From the NCBI RefSeq assembly GCF_000253055.1, contig NC_016070.1, positions 960,001 to 992,000 of the forward strand: DNA of 32,000 bases. The letters run 5' to 3'. Shown piece after piece: positions 1-8,213 of this stretch. Under the pieces are notes generated by a model, which saw only the letters and a list, made by a program, of their open reading frames with translations, was not told where the DNA came from and did not search any database. The translations under genes were made by a program, and so were the position numbers. Numbering within the stretch: the first letter of the stretch is position 1; each line of letters opens with the position of its first letter. The DNA comes from Thermoproteus tenax Kra 1 (GTDB lineage: Archaea; Thermoproteota; Thermoprotei; Thermoproteales; Thermoproteaceae).

Positions 1-312
1 GTCCTAGTCGACGATGCCAATAAGCCCGTGGGTATTATTACTGAGAGGGACGTAGTGAAGGCGCTCGCCAGAGGTCTCACATTGGACGACCAAGCCTCCC
101 GGGCCGGCACTATGGGGGACCTAGTGACGGCGCAGCCCTCCGAGGACGCCTACGTTGCACTGAAAAGAATGCGCGAGAGGAGGATAAGGCACTTGGTCTT
201 GGTGAATAACGACGGGACTCTCGCCGGCGTGATATCTATACGCGATCTGTTGGAGGATGTAGCGTTAAAATACCTCGGGGATAAAGTATGGTGGCCTCCT
301 CCGGAGGATTGA
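1..312 (+). CDS. CBS-domain protein, 5' end truncated by window start
   Basis: Frame is open from base 1 (VLVDDANKPVGIITERDVVKAL...) to TGA at 310-312. Repeated CBS signatures 'GIITERDVV' and 'LAGVISIRDLLEDV'. Confidence 0.85.
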   Translation, partial: VLVDDANKPVGIITERDVVKALARGLTLDDQASRAGTMGDLVTAQPSEDAYVALKRMRERRIRHLVLVNNDGTLAGVISIRDLLEDVALKYLGDKVWWPPPED

Positions 313-719
313 AGGTCGGGGATCTTGTCAGAAGACCCCCCTTGGTCATCCACCCCGACTCCACGTTGTTGGAGGCGGTTGACAGACTGATGGAGCACAA
401 CGTGGGCGCTCTGGTCGTCGTTAGGCGGGAGGAGCCCGACAAGGCTGTGGCGGTGCTCTCGGAGAGAGACATAGTGCGGGCCCTCAACATGAGGATGGCC
501 CTCTCCACGCCCGTCGAGGCCTTTATGTCTCCAGGGGTTATCTCCATAGAGTACGACCAGCCGTTGTCGAAAGCCGCCGAGCTTATGTGGAGATACAACG
601 TAAGACATTTAGTTGTCACCAAGGAGGGCAAGCTCTACGGAGTCATATCTATACGCGACTTGATCAAGCCTGAATCGCTCCAGGCGATATGTAGGGAGGG
701 GCTGTTTCACAGTTCTTGA
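288..719 (+). CDS. CBS-domain pair protein
   Basis: GTG start overlapping the preceding CDS by about 25 nt. Contains 'VGDLVRRPPLVIHPDSTLLEAVDRLMEHNVGALVVV...AVLSERDIVRAL' and 'YGVISIRDLIKP'. Confidence 0.85.
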   Translation: MVASSGGLKVGDLVRRPPLVIHPDSTLLEAVDRLMEHNVGALVVVRREEPDKAVAVLSERDIVRALNMRMALSTPVEAFMSPGVISIEYDQPLSKAAELMWRYNVRHLVVTKEGKLYGVISIRDLIKPESLQAICREGLFHSS

Positions 720-720
720 T

Positions 721-848
721 CGTTGCCCCCATGCCCGATGGCCCCGCGCCGGAGGCAGCCGGGCTGTCAGCGAAGGCGCAGGCGAGGAGGAGGCCCTTGG
801 GCGCGAGCGGCCGGCTGCAATCAGCGGTGGACGCCTAGGGACAGACGG
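721..848 (+). repeat. Dispersed repeat copy A (5'-truncated, 3' two thirds)
   Basis: cgttgcccccatgcccgatggccccgcgccggag...gcctagggacagacgg matches the reverse complement of 27937-28065 with few substitutions. Its first part also matches 18491-18562. Confidence 0.9.
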
Positions 849-932
849 GGCGCCTGACCATATAAATATGGTATATACTGGAAAGGGGAAATATATAGCA
901 TTACCTCTATAATTTATTTATTGAACATCTTT

Positions 933-2072
933 ATGGTACTGGCCTATCTCGTTGCCGCCGGCATGAGCAAGATAGGCAAGAGGGAGGAGAGCTCGCGGGA
1001 GCTCGTCGAAGAGGCCTTCCGCGAGGTCCTAGAGGTCGTGGATCCGAGGGAGATAGAGGCGGTCTACGTCGGCGTCCAGTCTGAGACGTACGAGCACCAG
1101 ATAATGTACGGCTCCCTCATCGCTGAGGCGCTCGGCCTCCTGCCCAGGGAGGCGTATAGAGTTGAAGCGTGCGCCGCCGCAGGCGCGTTGGCGCTTCATA
1201 ACGCCGTATTGGCGGTCAGATCGGGGCTTGTTGACGTTGCTCTGGCGGTGGGCGTCGAGAAGATGACCGCCAAGAGCACTCAAGAGGTCACAGACGCCCT
1301 CATGGCGGCCAGCGACCTCGTCGACCAGCTCAGCGGAGTGACGATACCTGCCCACTACGCCATGGTGGCGAGGAGGTATATGTACCTCTACGGCGCAACT
1401 GAGGAGGATCTGTGCGCCGTGGCTGTCAAAAACCACAGACACGCTTTAGAAAACCCCAAGGCCCACTTCAGAAAGGCCATAAGCGTGGAAGAGTGCCTCA
1501 GGAGCAAGCCCGTGGCCACTCCGTTGAAGTTGCTCGATTCGGCGCCCATAAGCGACGGAGCGGCACTCGCCGTAGTGGCCTCCGAGAGGGCCGCGAGGAG
1601 GCTGACCGACGCGCCGGTGAAGATATTGGCGTCGACGGTGGCCACGGACACTCTGAGCGTATCCCAGAGGGACGACCTAATCTGGCCCAGGGCAGTGTAC
1701 GAGGCCGCCCAGAGGGCCTACAGACAGTCGGGCCTGGAGCCCTCGAAGATCCAAGTGGCCGAGGTTCATGACGCCTTCACTATAAACGAGATACTCATGT
1801 ACGAGGCCCTGGGATTTGCCGAGAGGGGGAAGGGGTATCTGCTTGCGCGAGAGGGCCAGACCTACATAGGAGGGAAAATACCGGTAAACCCAGATGGCGG
1901 CCTCAAGGCCAGGGGACACCCCATCGGCGCCACGGGCTTAGCCCAGATCTATGAGCTCTACCTACAGCTGACGGGTAGAGCGGGGCGGAGGAACACGGGC
2001 GCCGAGATCGGAATAGCCGTCAACGAGGGCGGCGTCAACTCAACGGCGGTGGTACACATACTGTCGGCATGA
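933..2072 (+). CDS. Thiolase, SCP-x / acetyl-CoA acetyltransferase type
   Basis: 'VEACAAAGALALHNAV' active-site Cys region, 'NPDGGLKARGHPIGATGLAQIYEL', C-terminal 'GIAVNEGGVNSTAVVHIL'. ATG at 933 is preferred over the track start TTG 921 because a TATA-like ctataattta lies at 908-917. Confidence 0.9.
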   Translation: MVLAYLVAAGMSKIGKREESSRELVEEAFREVLEVVDPREIEAVYVGVQSETYEHQIMYGSLIAEALGLLPREAYRVEACAAAGALALHNAVLAVRSGLVDVALAVGVEKMTAKSTQEVTDALMAASDLVDQLSGVTIPAHYAMVARRYMYLYGATEEDLCAVAVKNHRHALENPKAHFRKAISVEECLRSKPVATPLKLLDSAPISDGAALAVVASERAARRLTDAPVKILASTVATDTLSVSQRDDLIWPRAVYEAAQRAYRQSGLEPSKIQVAEVHDAFTINEILMYEALGFAERGKGYLLAREGQTYIGGKIPVNPDGGLKARGHPIGATGLAQIYELYLQLTGRAGRRNTGAEIGIAVNEGGVNSTAVVHILSA

Positions 2073-2419
2073 CCTCCCTCCTCTTCAGAGGGCTGGCGGA
2101 GGGGAAGCTCTTGGGCTCAGTCTGTCCGAGCTGCGGGGCGCGCGCCTTTCCGCCGAAGCGCCTCTGTCCCAAGTGCTACAGAGAGATGGAGATTGTGGAA
2201 ATACCCAAGAGGGGGTATGTGTTGACCTACAGCGAGGTCTACGTCTCTAACGGCCTCTACGATCCTCCCTATACGGTGGCCATAGCCGATTTCGGCGGGT
2301 TCAGAGTGCCTGGGCTTGTGGACGGCAGAGTAGAGATAGGAGACGCAGTGGAGTGGAGCGTGGCTGAGACCAAAGCGGGCCTGTGGTACAAGTTCAAGAG
2401 GGCTGGAGACAATCCTTAA
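2069..2419 (+). CDS. DUF35 / OB-fold, rubredoxin-like zinc ribbon protein, thiolase partner
   Basis: Zinc ribbon 'CPSCGARAFPPKRLCPKCYREM', 'VLTYSEVYVSN..YDPPYTVAIADFGGFRVPGLVDG'. 4-nt ATGA overlap with the thiolase. Confidence 0.9.
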   Translation: MTSLLFRGLAEGKLLGSVCPSCGARAFPPKRLCPKCYREMEIVEIPKRGYVLTYSEVYVSNGLYDPPYTVAIADFGGFRVPGLVDGRVEIGDAVEWSVAETKAGLWYKFKRAGDNP

Positions 2420-2442
2420 TAATAATGTCTTTCTAGAGATCT

Positions 2443-3660
2443 ATGGAGTTCTCTATAACTGGAGAGGACAAGATATTCCTCGATTCGGTCAAGGCGTTCG
2501 TCGAGCGCGAGATAGCGCCCCGTTGGGTCGATATCGACGAAGGGAGATGGGCCATAGAGGACGTCGCCGCAGCTCTCGGCAAGGCGGGGCTCATAGGGAT
2601 CCCCCTAAGCTCTAGGTACGGAGGCCAAGACGGCGCATTTCTGCAGGCGGCTCTGGCCGTGGAGGAGTTGGCGTACGCCGACCCCTCGCTCGCAACTCCG
2701 GTCTACGTACTGCTTGAGACTGCGTGGCCCTTCGTAGTGCAGAGGTACGGCAGAGATGAGGTCAAGGAGGAGGTCCTGCCCGAGGTGGCCAAAGGCAGGG
2801 CCTTCGTGGGGATAGCGTCCACGGAGCCTCAAGGAGGGAGCGACGTGGCCTCTTTCCAGACCAAGGCTGTGAGGGAGGGGGGCGTCTGGAGGCTGTACGG
2901 CGAGAAGAACATGGTGACCGGCGTGGCGACGGCACTGAACCTCCCCTACGGCGGCGGCGCGGTGGCCATAGTTAGGACGGGGAGGCCCGAGGACAAACAT
3001 AGGGGTATAAGCCTCTTCCTAGCTTTGCTCAAGAGGAGGGGGATCAAGAGGGAGGGGTTCACCTATAGAGACTGGGGCGAAATAGGGCGGCACGGACTTC
3101 CCACGGGGTATCTCACCTTCAACGGGCTGGAGGTCGAGGAGCAGTTCCTCTTGGGAGAGCTCAACGGCGGCTTCAAGATAGCCATGGAGGGCTTCGACTT
3201 GGCCAGGACCATGATAGGCGCGGCGGCCGTCGGAGCAACTCGATGGCTCTTGGACAGAGGCCTTGAGTGGATAAGGCAGAGGACAGTGTTCGGGAGGCCC
3301 ATCGCCTCATATCAAGCGATCTCCTTCAAATTCGCAGAGCTCTACGCGCGCCTGGAGGCAGCGAGGTTGGCGGTGTATAAGGCGGCGTGGATAGCCGATA
3401 GATTCTTCAGAGGGGACACGGCGTTCACCATCAAGGACGTGGCAACCGCTGGGGCCACGGCGAAGCTCCTCGCCGTCCCGCTCGCCGTAGAGACGGCGTT
3501 GGAGGTCATGAAGTGGTTCGGCGGAGCTGCGTACTTTAAGGAGACCAACGTCGCGCGGGTCCTGTTGGGGGCTCTGTCCTACTACGTGGGCGCCGAGGGG
3601 GCAGAGAATATAATGAAGCTGATAATAGCTAGGAACATCGTGGGGAAGGACTATGTCTAA
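2443..3660 (+). CDS. Acyl-CoA dehydrogenase family protein
   Basis: Full-length ACAD pattern: 'GLIGIPLSSRYGG', 'ASTEPQGGSDVASFQTKAV', 'RQRTVFGRPIASYQAISFKFAEL', 'AENIMKLIIARNIVGKDY'. Confidence 0.92.
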   Translation: MEFSITGEDKIFLDSVKAFVEREIAPRWVDIDEGRWAIEDVAAALGKAGLIGIPLSSRYGGQDGAFLQAALAVEELAYADPSLATPVYVLLETAWPFVVQRYGRDEVKEEVLPEVAKGRAFVGIASTEPQGGSDVASFQTKAVREGGVWRLYGEKNMVTGVATALNLPYGGGAVAIVRTGRPEDKHRGISLFLALLKRRGIKREGFTYRDWGEIGRHGLPTGYLTFNGLEVEEQFLLGELNGGFKIAMEGFDLARTMIGAAAVGATRWLLDRGLEWIRQRTVFGRPIASYQAISFKFAELYARLEAARLAVYKAAWIADRFFRGDTAFTIKDVATAGATAKLLAVPLAVETALEVMKWFGGAAYFKETNVARVLLGALSYYVGAEGAENIMKLIIARNIVGKDYV

Positions 3661-4801
3661 GTATCCACAGCTGGGGGAGGAGCACGAGCTGGTGAGAAAG
3701 ACGGCTAGGGAGTTCGCCGAGAGGAGGGTGGTGCCGGCCGCCAGAGCTATCGACGAAGGCAACTATCCCAGAGACCTCTTGAGGGAAATGGGCGATCTGG
3801 GACTCCTAGCTCCACATATACCTCAAGAGTTCGGCGGCGCCGGCCTAGACTTCAGAAGCATGGTGATAGTAGTGGAGGAGATAGCTAAGGCGAGCCCCGC
3901 CTTAGCCACGGTAGCGGAGGTGCAGGGCTCCATGATATCCTATAACCTATACCGATACGCTCAGCCCAACGTCAGAGAGAAGTGGTTGGAGGACGTGGCC
4001 AAGGGCCGGAAGATAGTGGCCTTCGCCCTCTCCGAGCCGTGTTGCGGCAGCGATGCTGCGGCTATACAGACGAGGGCCGAGAGGAGGGGCGGAGAGTGGG
4101 TCATTAACGGCGTAAAGCTGTGGATAACCTCGGGCCTATACGCCGACGCCTACCTAGTGGCCGCCAGGACGGGGCCGCCGGAGCTGAGGCATAAGTCCAT
4201 CAGCCTCTTCCTAGTGGAGAGATCGAGATGTATTGAGACATCGCCCATAAAGGTCATGGGAGTCCACGGGACGGGCACCGCCGAGGTCAAATTCAACGAC
4301 TGCGTTGTGGGGGAGGAGGCGCTGGTGGGGAAGCTCAACGAGGGCTTCCAAGTGGTCTTGGACGATTTGAACAACGGAAGGACTTGCGTGGGGGCAATAG
4401 GCTTGGGCATAGCTGAGGCGGCCTTCGCCGAGGCCTACGCCTACTCGAAGAAGAGGACCGCCTTCGGGAGGCCGCTGGCCGAGTTCCAAGTCCTCCAACA
4501 CTACCTCGCCAACGCCTACGTCCAGACAGAAGCCGTGAGGAACGTGGTCTATCTGGCGGCCTTCTACAGAGATGCGGACGATCCGAGCTTCCCCATGTAT
4601 GCCCAGCTGGCCAAAGTGTTGGGCTCTAGACTGGCCGTCGAGACCACCAGAGTCGCCATGCAGATCATGGGGGGCTTCGGCTACTCCACCGAGTCGAGGG
4701 TCGAGATGTTGTATAGAGACGCCAAGGCCACTGAGATCTATGAGGGCGCGAACGAGGTCATATTGAACACGATATATAAATTCTTGGAGAAAGCTCTATA
4801 G
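3653..4801 (+). CDS. Acyl-CoA dehydrogenase
   Basis: 'FALSEPCCGSDAAAIQTRAER', 'GTAEVKFNDCVV', 'YSKKRTAFGRPLAEFQVLQHYLA', 'MQIMGGFGYSTESRVEMLYRDAKATEIYEGANEV'. Overlaps the upstream ACAD by 8 nt. Confidence 0.95.
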   Translation: MSKYPQLGEEHELVRKTAREFAERRVVPAARAIDEGNYPRDLLREMGDLGLLAPHIPQEFGGAGLDFRSMVIVVEEIAKASPALATVAEVQGSMISYNLYRYAQPNVREKWLEDVAKGRKIVAFALSEPCCGSDAAAIQTRAERRGGEWVINGVKLWITSGLYADAYLVAARTGPPELRHKSISLFLVERSRCIETSPIKVMGVHGTGTAEVKFNDCVVGEEALVGKLNEGFQVVLDDLNNGRTCVGAIGLGIAEAAFAEAYAYSKKRTAFGRPLAEFQVLQHYLANAYVQTEAVRNVVYLAAFYRDADDPSFPMYAQLAKVLGSRLAVETTRVAMQIMGGFGYSTESRVEMLYRDAKATEIYEGANEVILNTIYKFLEKAL

Positions 4802-5359
4802 GGGCCTCTTCAGCTCGTAGGGCCTCCACCCGAGCTGTCTCCTGAACTCGTTTATGAGCTCCACGGCCTTTTCCTTCTCCTCCTTGGGCATATCCCGCTT
4901 GTGGAGGACTCCCATGAACAAGGCGTAGAGTCTCGCGTTTATCACCTTGGGAGAAAGGCCGTACTCCATGTCCTCCTTGAGCTCGTCCAATATCTCCTTC
5001 ACCTCTTCGGCGCTCGTTAGGCCCTTCCCGCCTATATCTTTCACCTTTCTGCCGAGGTAGAGGCGGCCCCTTTCTACTACTACGACTTTTCCGTTGTCGA
5101 AAGTGACCCTCCCCTTGAACACTCTATCGTAGAACTCCCAAGCATCGGCGGCCTCAGGCTCCAGCTTCCTCAGACGAGTCAGTACGAACCTTCTTATCTC
5201 GTCGCTTGAGACCCTGCCCCTCTTCTTAACCCACTCGTCCAACTCCTTCACTATTTCCTTTGCGACTTCCTCCGAGGCGCCAGCCCTCAGAAGAGAGCTG
5301 TAGACTTTATCCTCGATATATTCCTCCTCAGCCCCCGACCTTTTAACGACTTTGGGCAT
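4796..5359 (-). CDS. Stand-alone ATP-cone domain protein
   Basis: N-terminus 'MPKVVKRSGAEEEYIEDKVYSSLLRAGASEEVAKEIV' and '...SSDEIRRFVLTRLRKLEPEAADAWEFYDRV' match the ATP-cone pattern. Convergent with the ACAD, stop codons interleaved. Confidence 0.75.
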   Translation of the reverse strand: MPKVVKRSGAEEEYIEDKVYSSLLRAGASEEVAKEIVKELDEWVKKRGRVSSDEIRRFVLTRLRKLEPEAADAWEFYDRVFKGRVTFDNGKVVVVERGRLYLGRKVKDIGGKGLTSAEEVKEILDELKEDMEYGLSPKVINARLYALFMGVLHKRDMPKEEKEKAVELINEFRRQLGWRPYELKRPL

Positions 5360-5370
5360 TACGAATTGTA

Positions 5371-5380
5371 CTTAAATATT
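5371..5380 (+). promoter_or_regulatory. Candidate TATA element for a small leaderless ORF
   Basis: cttaaatatt about 24 nt upstream of ATG 5399. Confidence 0.4.
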
Positions 5381-5398
5381 AATGAGTTTAGCTTACAT

Positions 5399-5482
5399 AT
5401 GCCTGAGGAGCAGAAAAAGAAGGAGGAGAAAGAGAGCAAGAAAGTTACAGTTCTGCGGTTCTACGAAGGCGGAATAATGTAG
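5399..5482 (+). CDS. Very small highly charged ORF (27 aa), hypothetical
   Basis: atgcctgaggagcag...ataatgtag encodes MPEEQKKKEEKESKKVTVLRFYEGGIM. TATA-like cttaaata is correctly spaced for a leaderless transcript. Confidence 0.35.
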   Translation: MPEEQKKKEEKESKKVTVLRFYEGGIM

Positions 5483-5767
5483 TGGAGCTCGCGTAGTGTA
5501 TAATATTTCGTCATTTTATATCAGAACATCACTGGGAGCTCCAATCGCTATTTAAATCGCTTCGCACCGGAACTAAGCTATTAAAACCTAGGCTATTATA
5601 TAGATCACAATAAAGACAATACATAATTATGTTTTTGAAAATTTGTTTTTTCATAATCAATAAAATTATAATTTCGCTAAATAAAATCTCAATTTTACTT
5701 ATTAATAATTTAAAATATATAAAATATAAAATAATAGAAACTATCCTTATGTAAAAAGATAAAAATT

Positions 5768-5799
5768 AGCAAAAATAATCTATATAAATAATTTTTGCT
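5768..5799. promoter_or_regulatory. Palindrome enclosing the TATA box of the acyl-CoA synthetase gene
   Basis: agcaaaaataat-ctatataa-ataatttttgct. The arms match in 11 of 12 positions and flank tatataaat, which lies about 24 nt before ATG 5808. Confidence 0.65.
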
Positions 5800-5807
5800 A
5801 CATAACT

Positions 5808-7808
5808 ATGGAAACTCTGGACGTCAAACTACCGTTTAATACTTATGTAATTAATGAACGATATAAGACCTCGCCCGATGCCATCAAGTCCTACTGGGAC
5901 CTCCACAGACGGAGCATCGAGAACTTCGAGGAGTTCTGGGCCTCGATAGCTAGGGAGCTCGAGTGGTTCAAGCCCTGGGACAAAGTGCTGGACGCGTCCA
6001 ACCCGCCCTTCTACAGATGGTTCGTCGGAGGGGAGCTGAATCTGTCCTACCTGGCTCTGGACAGACACGTCAAAACTTGGCGCAAGAACAAGCTCGCCCT
6101 CATATGGGAGGGGGAGCCCGTGGACCAGAGCGGCTACCCGGTGGACAGGAGGAAGCTCACGTACTACGACATGTGGAGGGAGGTGAACAGAGTGGCATGC
6201 ATGCTGCACTGCAACTTCGGGATAGGGAGAGGCGACCGCGTGGCCCTCTATATGCCGATGATTCCAGAGGCCCTTATAGCGATATTGGCCATATGGCGCA
6301 TAGGCGCTGTCCACACTACTATTTTCTCTGGATTCTCCGCCGAGGCTCTCGCCGATAGATTGGCCGACTATAAGCCCAGGGCCGTGATAACTGTGGACGG
6401 CTTCTGGAGGAGGGGCAAGGTGGTGAGGCTGAAGGAGATTGTGGACAAGGCGCTGGAGAAGGCGCCGGGCGCCGAAGCGGTCTTCGTAGTGAGGAGGTTG
6501 GGCCTAAACGACGTGCCTATGACTGAGGGCAGAGACTGGTTCTGGGAGAAGGCCTTGGCCGGCGTAAAACAGAACGCGTATGTGGAGCCCATACCTGTCA
6601 AGAGCGAGGAGATATCCCACATTCTCTACACCTCGGGCACCACCGGGAAGCCCAAGGGCATAATGCACGATACAGGGGGATTCGCCGTCTCAATATACGC
6701 CGATATGAAGCATATATTCGACGTGAAAGACGACGAGGTCTACTGGTGCACCGGCGACATAGGCTGGGGCACCGGCGCCTGGTATGTGGCCTTCGGCCCC
6801 TTCGTCATGGGTCTCACTCAAGTTATGTACGAGGGCGCGCCCGACTTCCCTCAGCCCGACCGCTGGTGGGCGATCATAGAGAGATACGGCGTGAACGTGT
6901 TCTTCTCCTCGCCGACGGCCATCCGCATGTTCATGCGCTACGGCGAGGAGTGGCCGAGGAAGCACGATCTGTCTACCCTCAGGGCCATATTCACTGTAGG
7001 AGAGCCGCAGAATCCCGAGGCCTTCTGGTGGATGTACAAGGTGTTGGGCAACGAGAGGATCTTTGTGGGATCCACCTGGGGTATGACGGAGACTGGCGCC
7101 GTGCCTCTCGATATAGCGCCTGCCCTCTTCCTCCTCCCCATGAAGCCTGGAGCGAACGGCCCGCCCAGGCTCGGCTACGACATAGACGTCGTCGACGAGA
7201 GCGGCAAGCCGGCGCCGCCGGGCGTCAGAGGCTACCTCGTGATCAAGAGGCCGTGGCCGGGCATGCTCCACGGCATATGGGGCGACCCGGAGCGCTACAT
7301 CAAGACGTACTGGTCGAGGTTCCCCGGCATGTTCTACGCCGGCGACTACGCCATAAGGGACCAGGACGGCTACATATGGGTGTTGGGCAGAGCCGACGAG
7401 GTGATAAAGGTCGCGGGCCACCGCCTCGGCACCTACGAGCTGGAGTCGGCGTTTATATCCCACCCGGCCGTCGCCGAGGCCGCAGTGATAGGAGTGCCCG
7501 ACCCGATAAAGGGCGAGGTGCCCATAGCGTTCGTTATACCAAAAGCCGGCGTCAACGCCGACGAGAGACTGGCAACGGAGCTACGCCAGCACATAAGGAA
7601 CACCGTGGGACCAATAGCGGAGCCTGCGCAGATATTCTTCGTGACGAAGCTCCCCAAGACGCGCTCGGGCAAGATAATGCGCAGAGTGCTCAAGGCGGTC
7701 GTCACGGGAGGACAGATCGGCGACGTCACCACGTTGGAGGACGAGACCTCTGTGGAAGAGGTGAAGAGGGTCTACGAGGAAGTGAAAAAAGAAATAACCG
7801 GCCAGTAA
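5808..7808 (+). CDS. Acetyl-/acyl-CoA synthetase, AMP-forming
   Basis: 'YTSGTTGKPKGI', 'GDIGWGTG', 'PWPGMLHGIWGDPERYIKTYW', 'FYAGDYAIRDQDGYIWVLGRADEVIKVAGHRLGTYELE', catalytic Lys motif 'LPKTRSGKIMRR'. Confidence 0.95.
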   Translation: METLDVKLPFNTYVINERYKTSPDAIKSYWDLHRRSIENFEEFWASIARELEWFKPWDKVLDASNPPFYRWFVGGELNLSYLALDRHVKTWRKNKLALIWEGEPVDQSGYPVDRRKLTYYDMWREVNRVACMLHCNFGIGRGDRVALYMPMIPEALIAILAIWRIGAVHTTIFSGFSAEALADRLADYKPRAVITVDGFWRRGKVVRLKEIVDKALEKAPGAEAVFVVRRLGLNDVPMTEGRDWFWEKALAGVKQNAYVEPIPVKSEEISHILYTSGTTGKPKGIMHDTGGFAVSIYADMKHIFDVKDDEVYWCTGDIGWGTGAWYVAFGPFVMGLTQVMYEGAPDFPQPDRWWAIIERYGVNVFFSSPTAIRMFMRYGEEWPRKHDLSTLRAIFTVGEPQNPEAFWWMYKVLGNERIFVGSTWGMTETGAVPLDIAPALFLLPMKPGANGPPRLGYDIDVVDESGKPAPPGVRGYLVIKRPWPGMLHGIWGDPERYIKTYWSRFPGMFYAGDYAIRDQDGYIWVLGRADEVIKVAGHRLGTYELESAFISHPAVAEAAVIGVPDPIKGEVPIAFVIPKAGVNADERLATELRQHIRNTVGPIAEPAQIFFVTKLPKTRSGKIMRRVLKAVVTGGQIGDVTTLEDETSVEEVKRVYEEVKKEITGQ

Positions 7809-7817
7809 CAACCCTTA

Positions 7818-8213
7818 ATGCCTTTTGAGGCCAAGTTCTACATCTATTGGTCTCAGACAGACGCGGCTGGGATAGCCCACTTCTCGGAGTTCTTCAGCCT
7901 GGTGGAGCACGCCGAGGAGGAGCTCTACAGAGCCAAGGGCGTCTTGGACGCCCACGGCCGGATGCCGAGGGTGGAGGCCTACGCAGTGTTTAAATCGCCG
8001 TTGAGGAGGGGGGATCTTGCGAGGGTCGTGTTGAGGCCTCTGGAGGTTAAAGAAAAGGCCGTCAAATACGGCTTTGAGATATACAACGAGACGACCGGCG
8101 CCCTATCGGCGACTGGCCACATAGTGGCTGTGTGCGTTGAGAACGAGGGAGGAAGGCTCAAGTCAACTAGGTGCCCCCAAGAGCTGTTGGATGCATGGCG
8201 AAGCGTAGAGTAA
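7818..8213 (+). CDS. Acyl-CoA thioesterase, 4HBT / hotdog family
   Basis: 'FYIYWSQTDAAGIAHFSEFFSLVEHAEEELYRAKG' is the canonical 4HBT N-terminus. Confidence 0.88.
   Translation: MPFEAKFYIYWSQTDAAGIAHFSEFFSLVEHAEEELYRAKGVLDAHGRMPRVEAYAVFKSPLRRGDLARVVLRPLEVKEKAVKYGFEIYNETTGALSATGHIVAVCVENEGGRLKSTRCPQELLDAWRSVE

Noticed and set aside
6690-7828. Long overlapping ORFs at 6690..7463 (-) and 6746..7828 (+) inside the acyl-CoA synthetase
   Set aside because: Out-of-frame shadows of a well-supported gene. Compositions are Arg/His/Gly/Pro-rich and show no domain motifs.
8171-8194. Upstream start for the CoA-transferase ORF (MPPRAVGC...)
   Set aside because: The extension lies inside the thioesterase gene and does not fit the family. 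ATG 8195 immediately precedes the conserved 'VIELAVLYPGPLAGRLL'.
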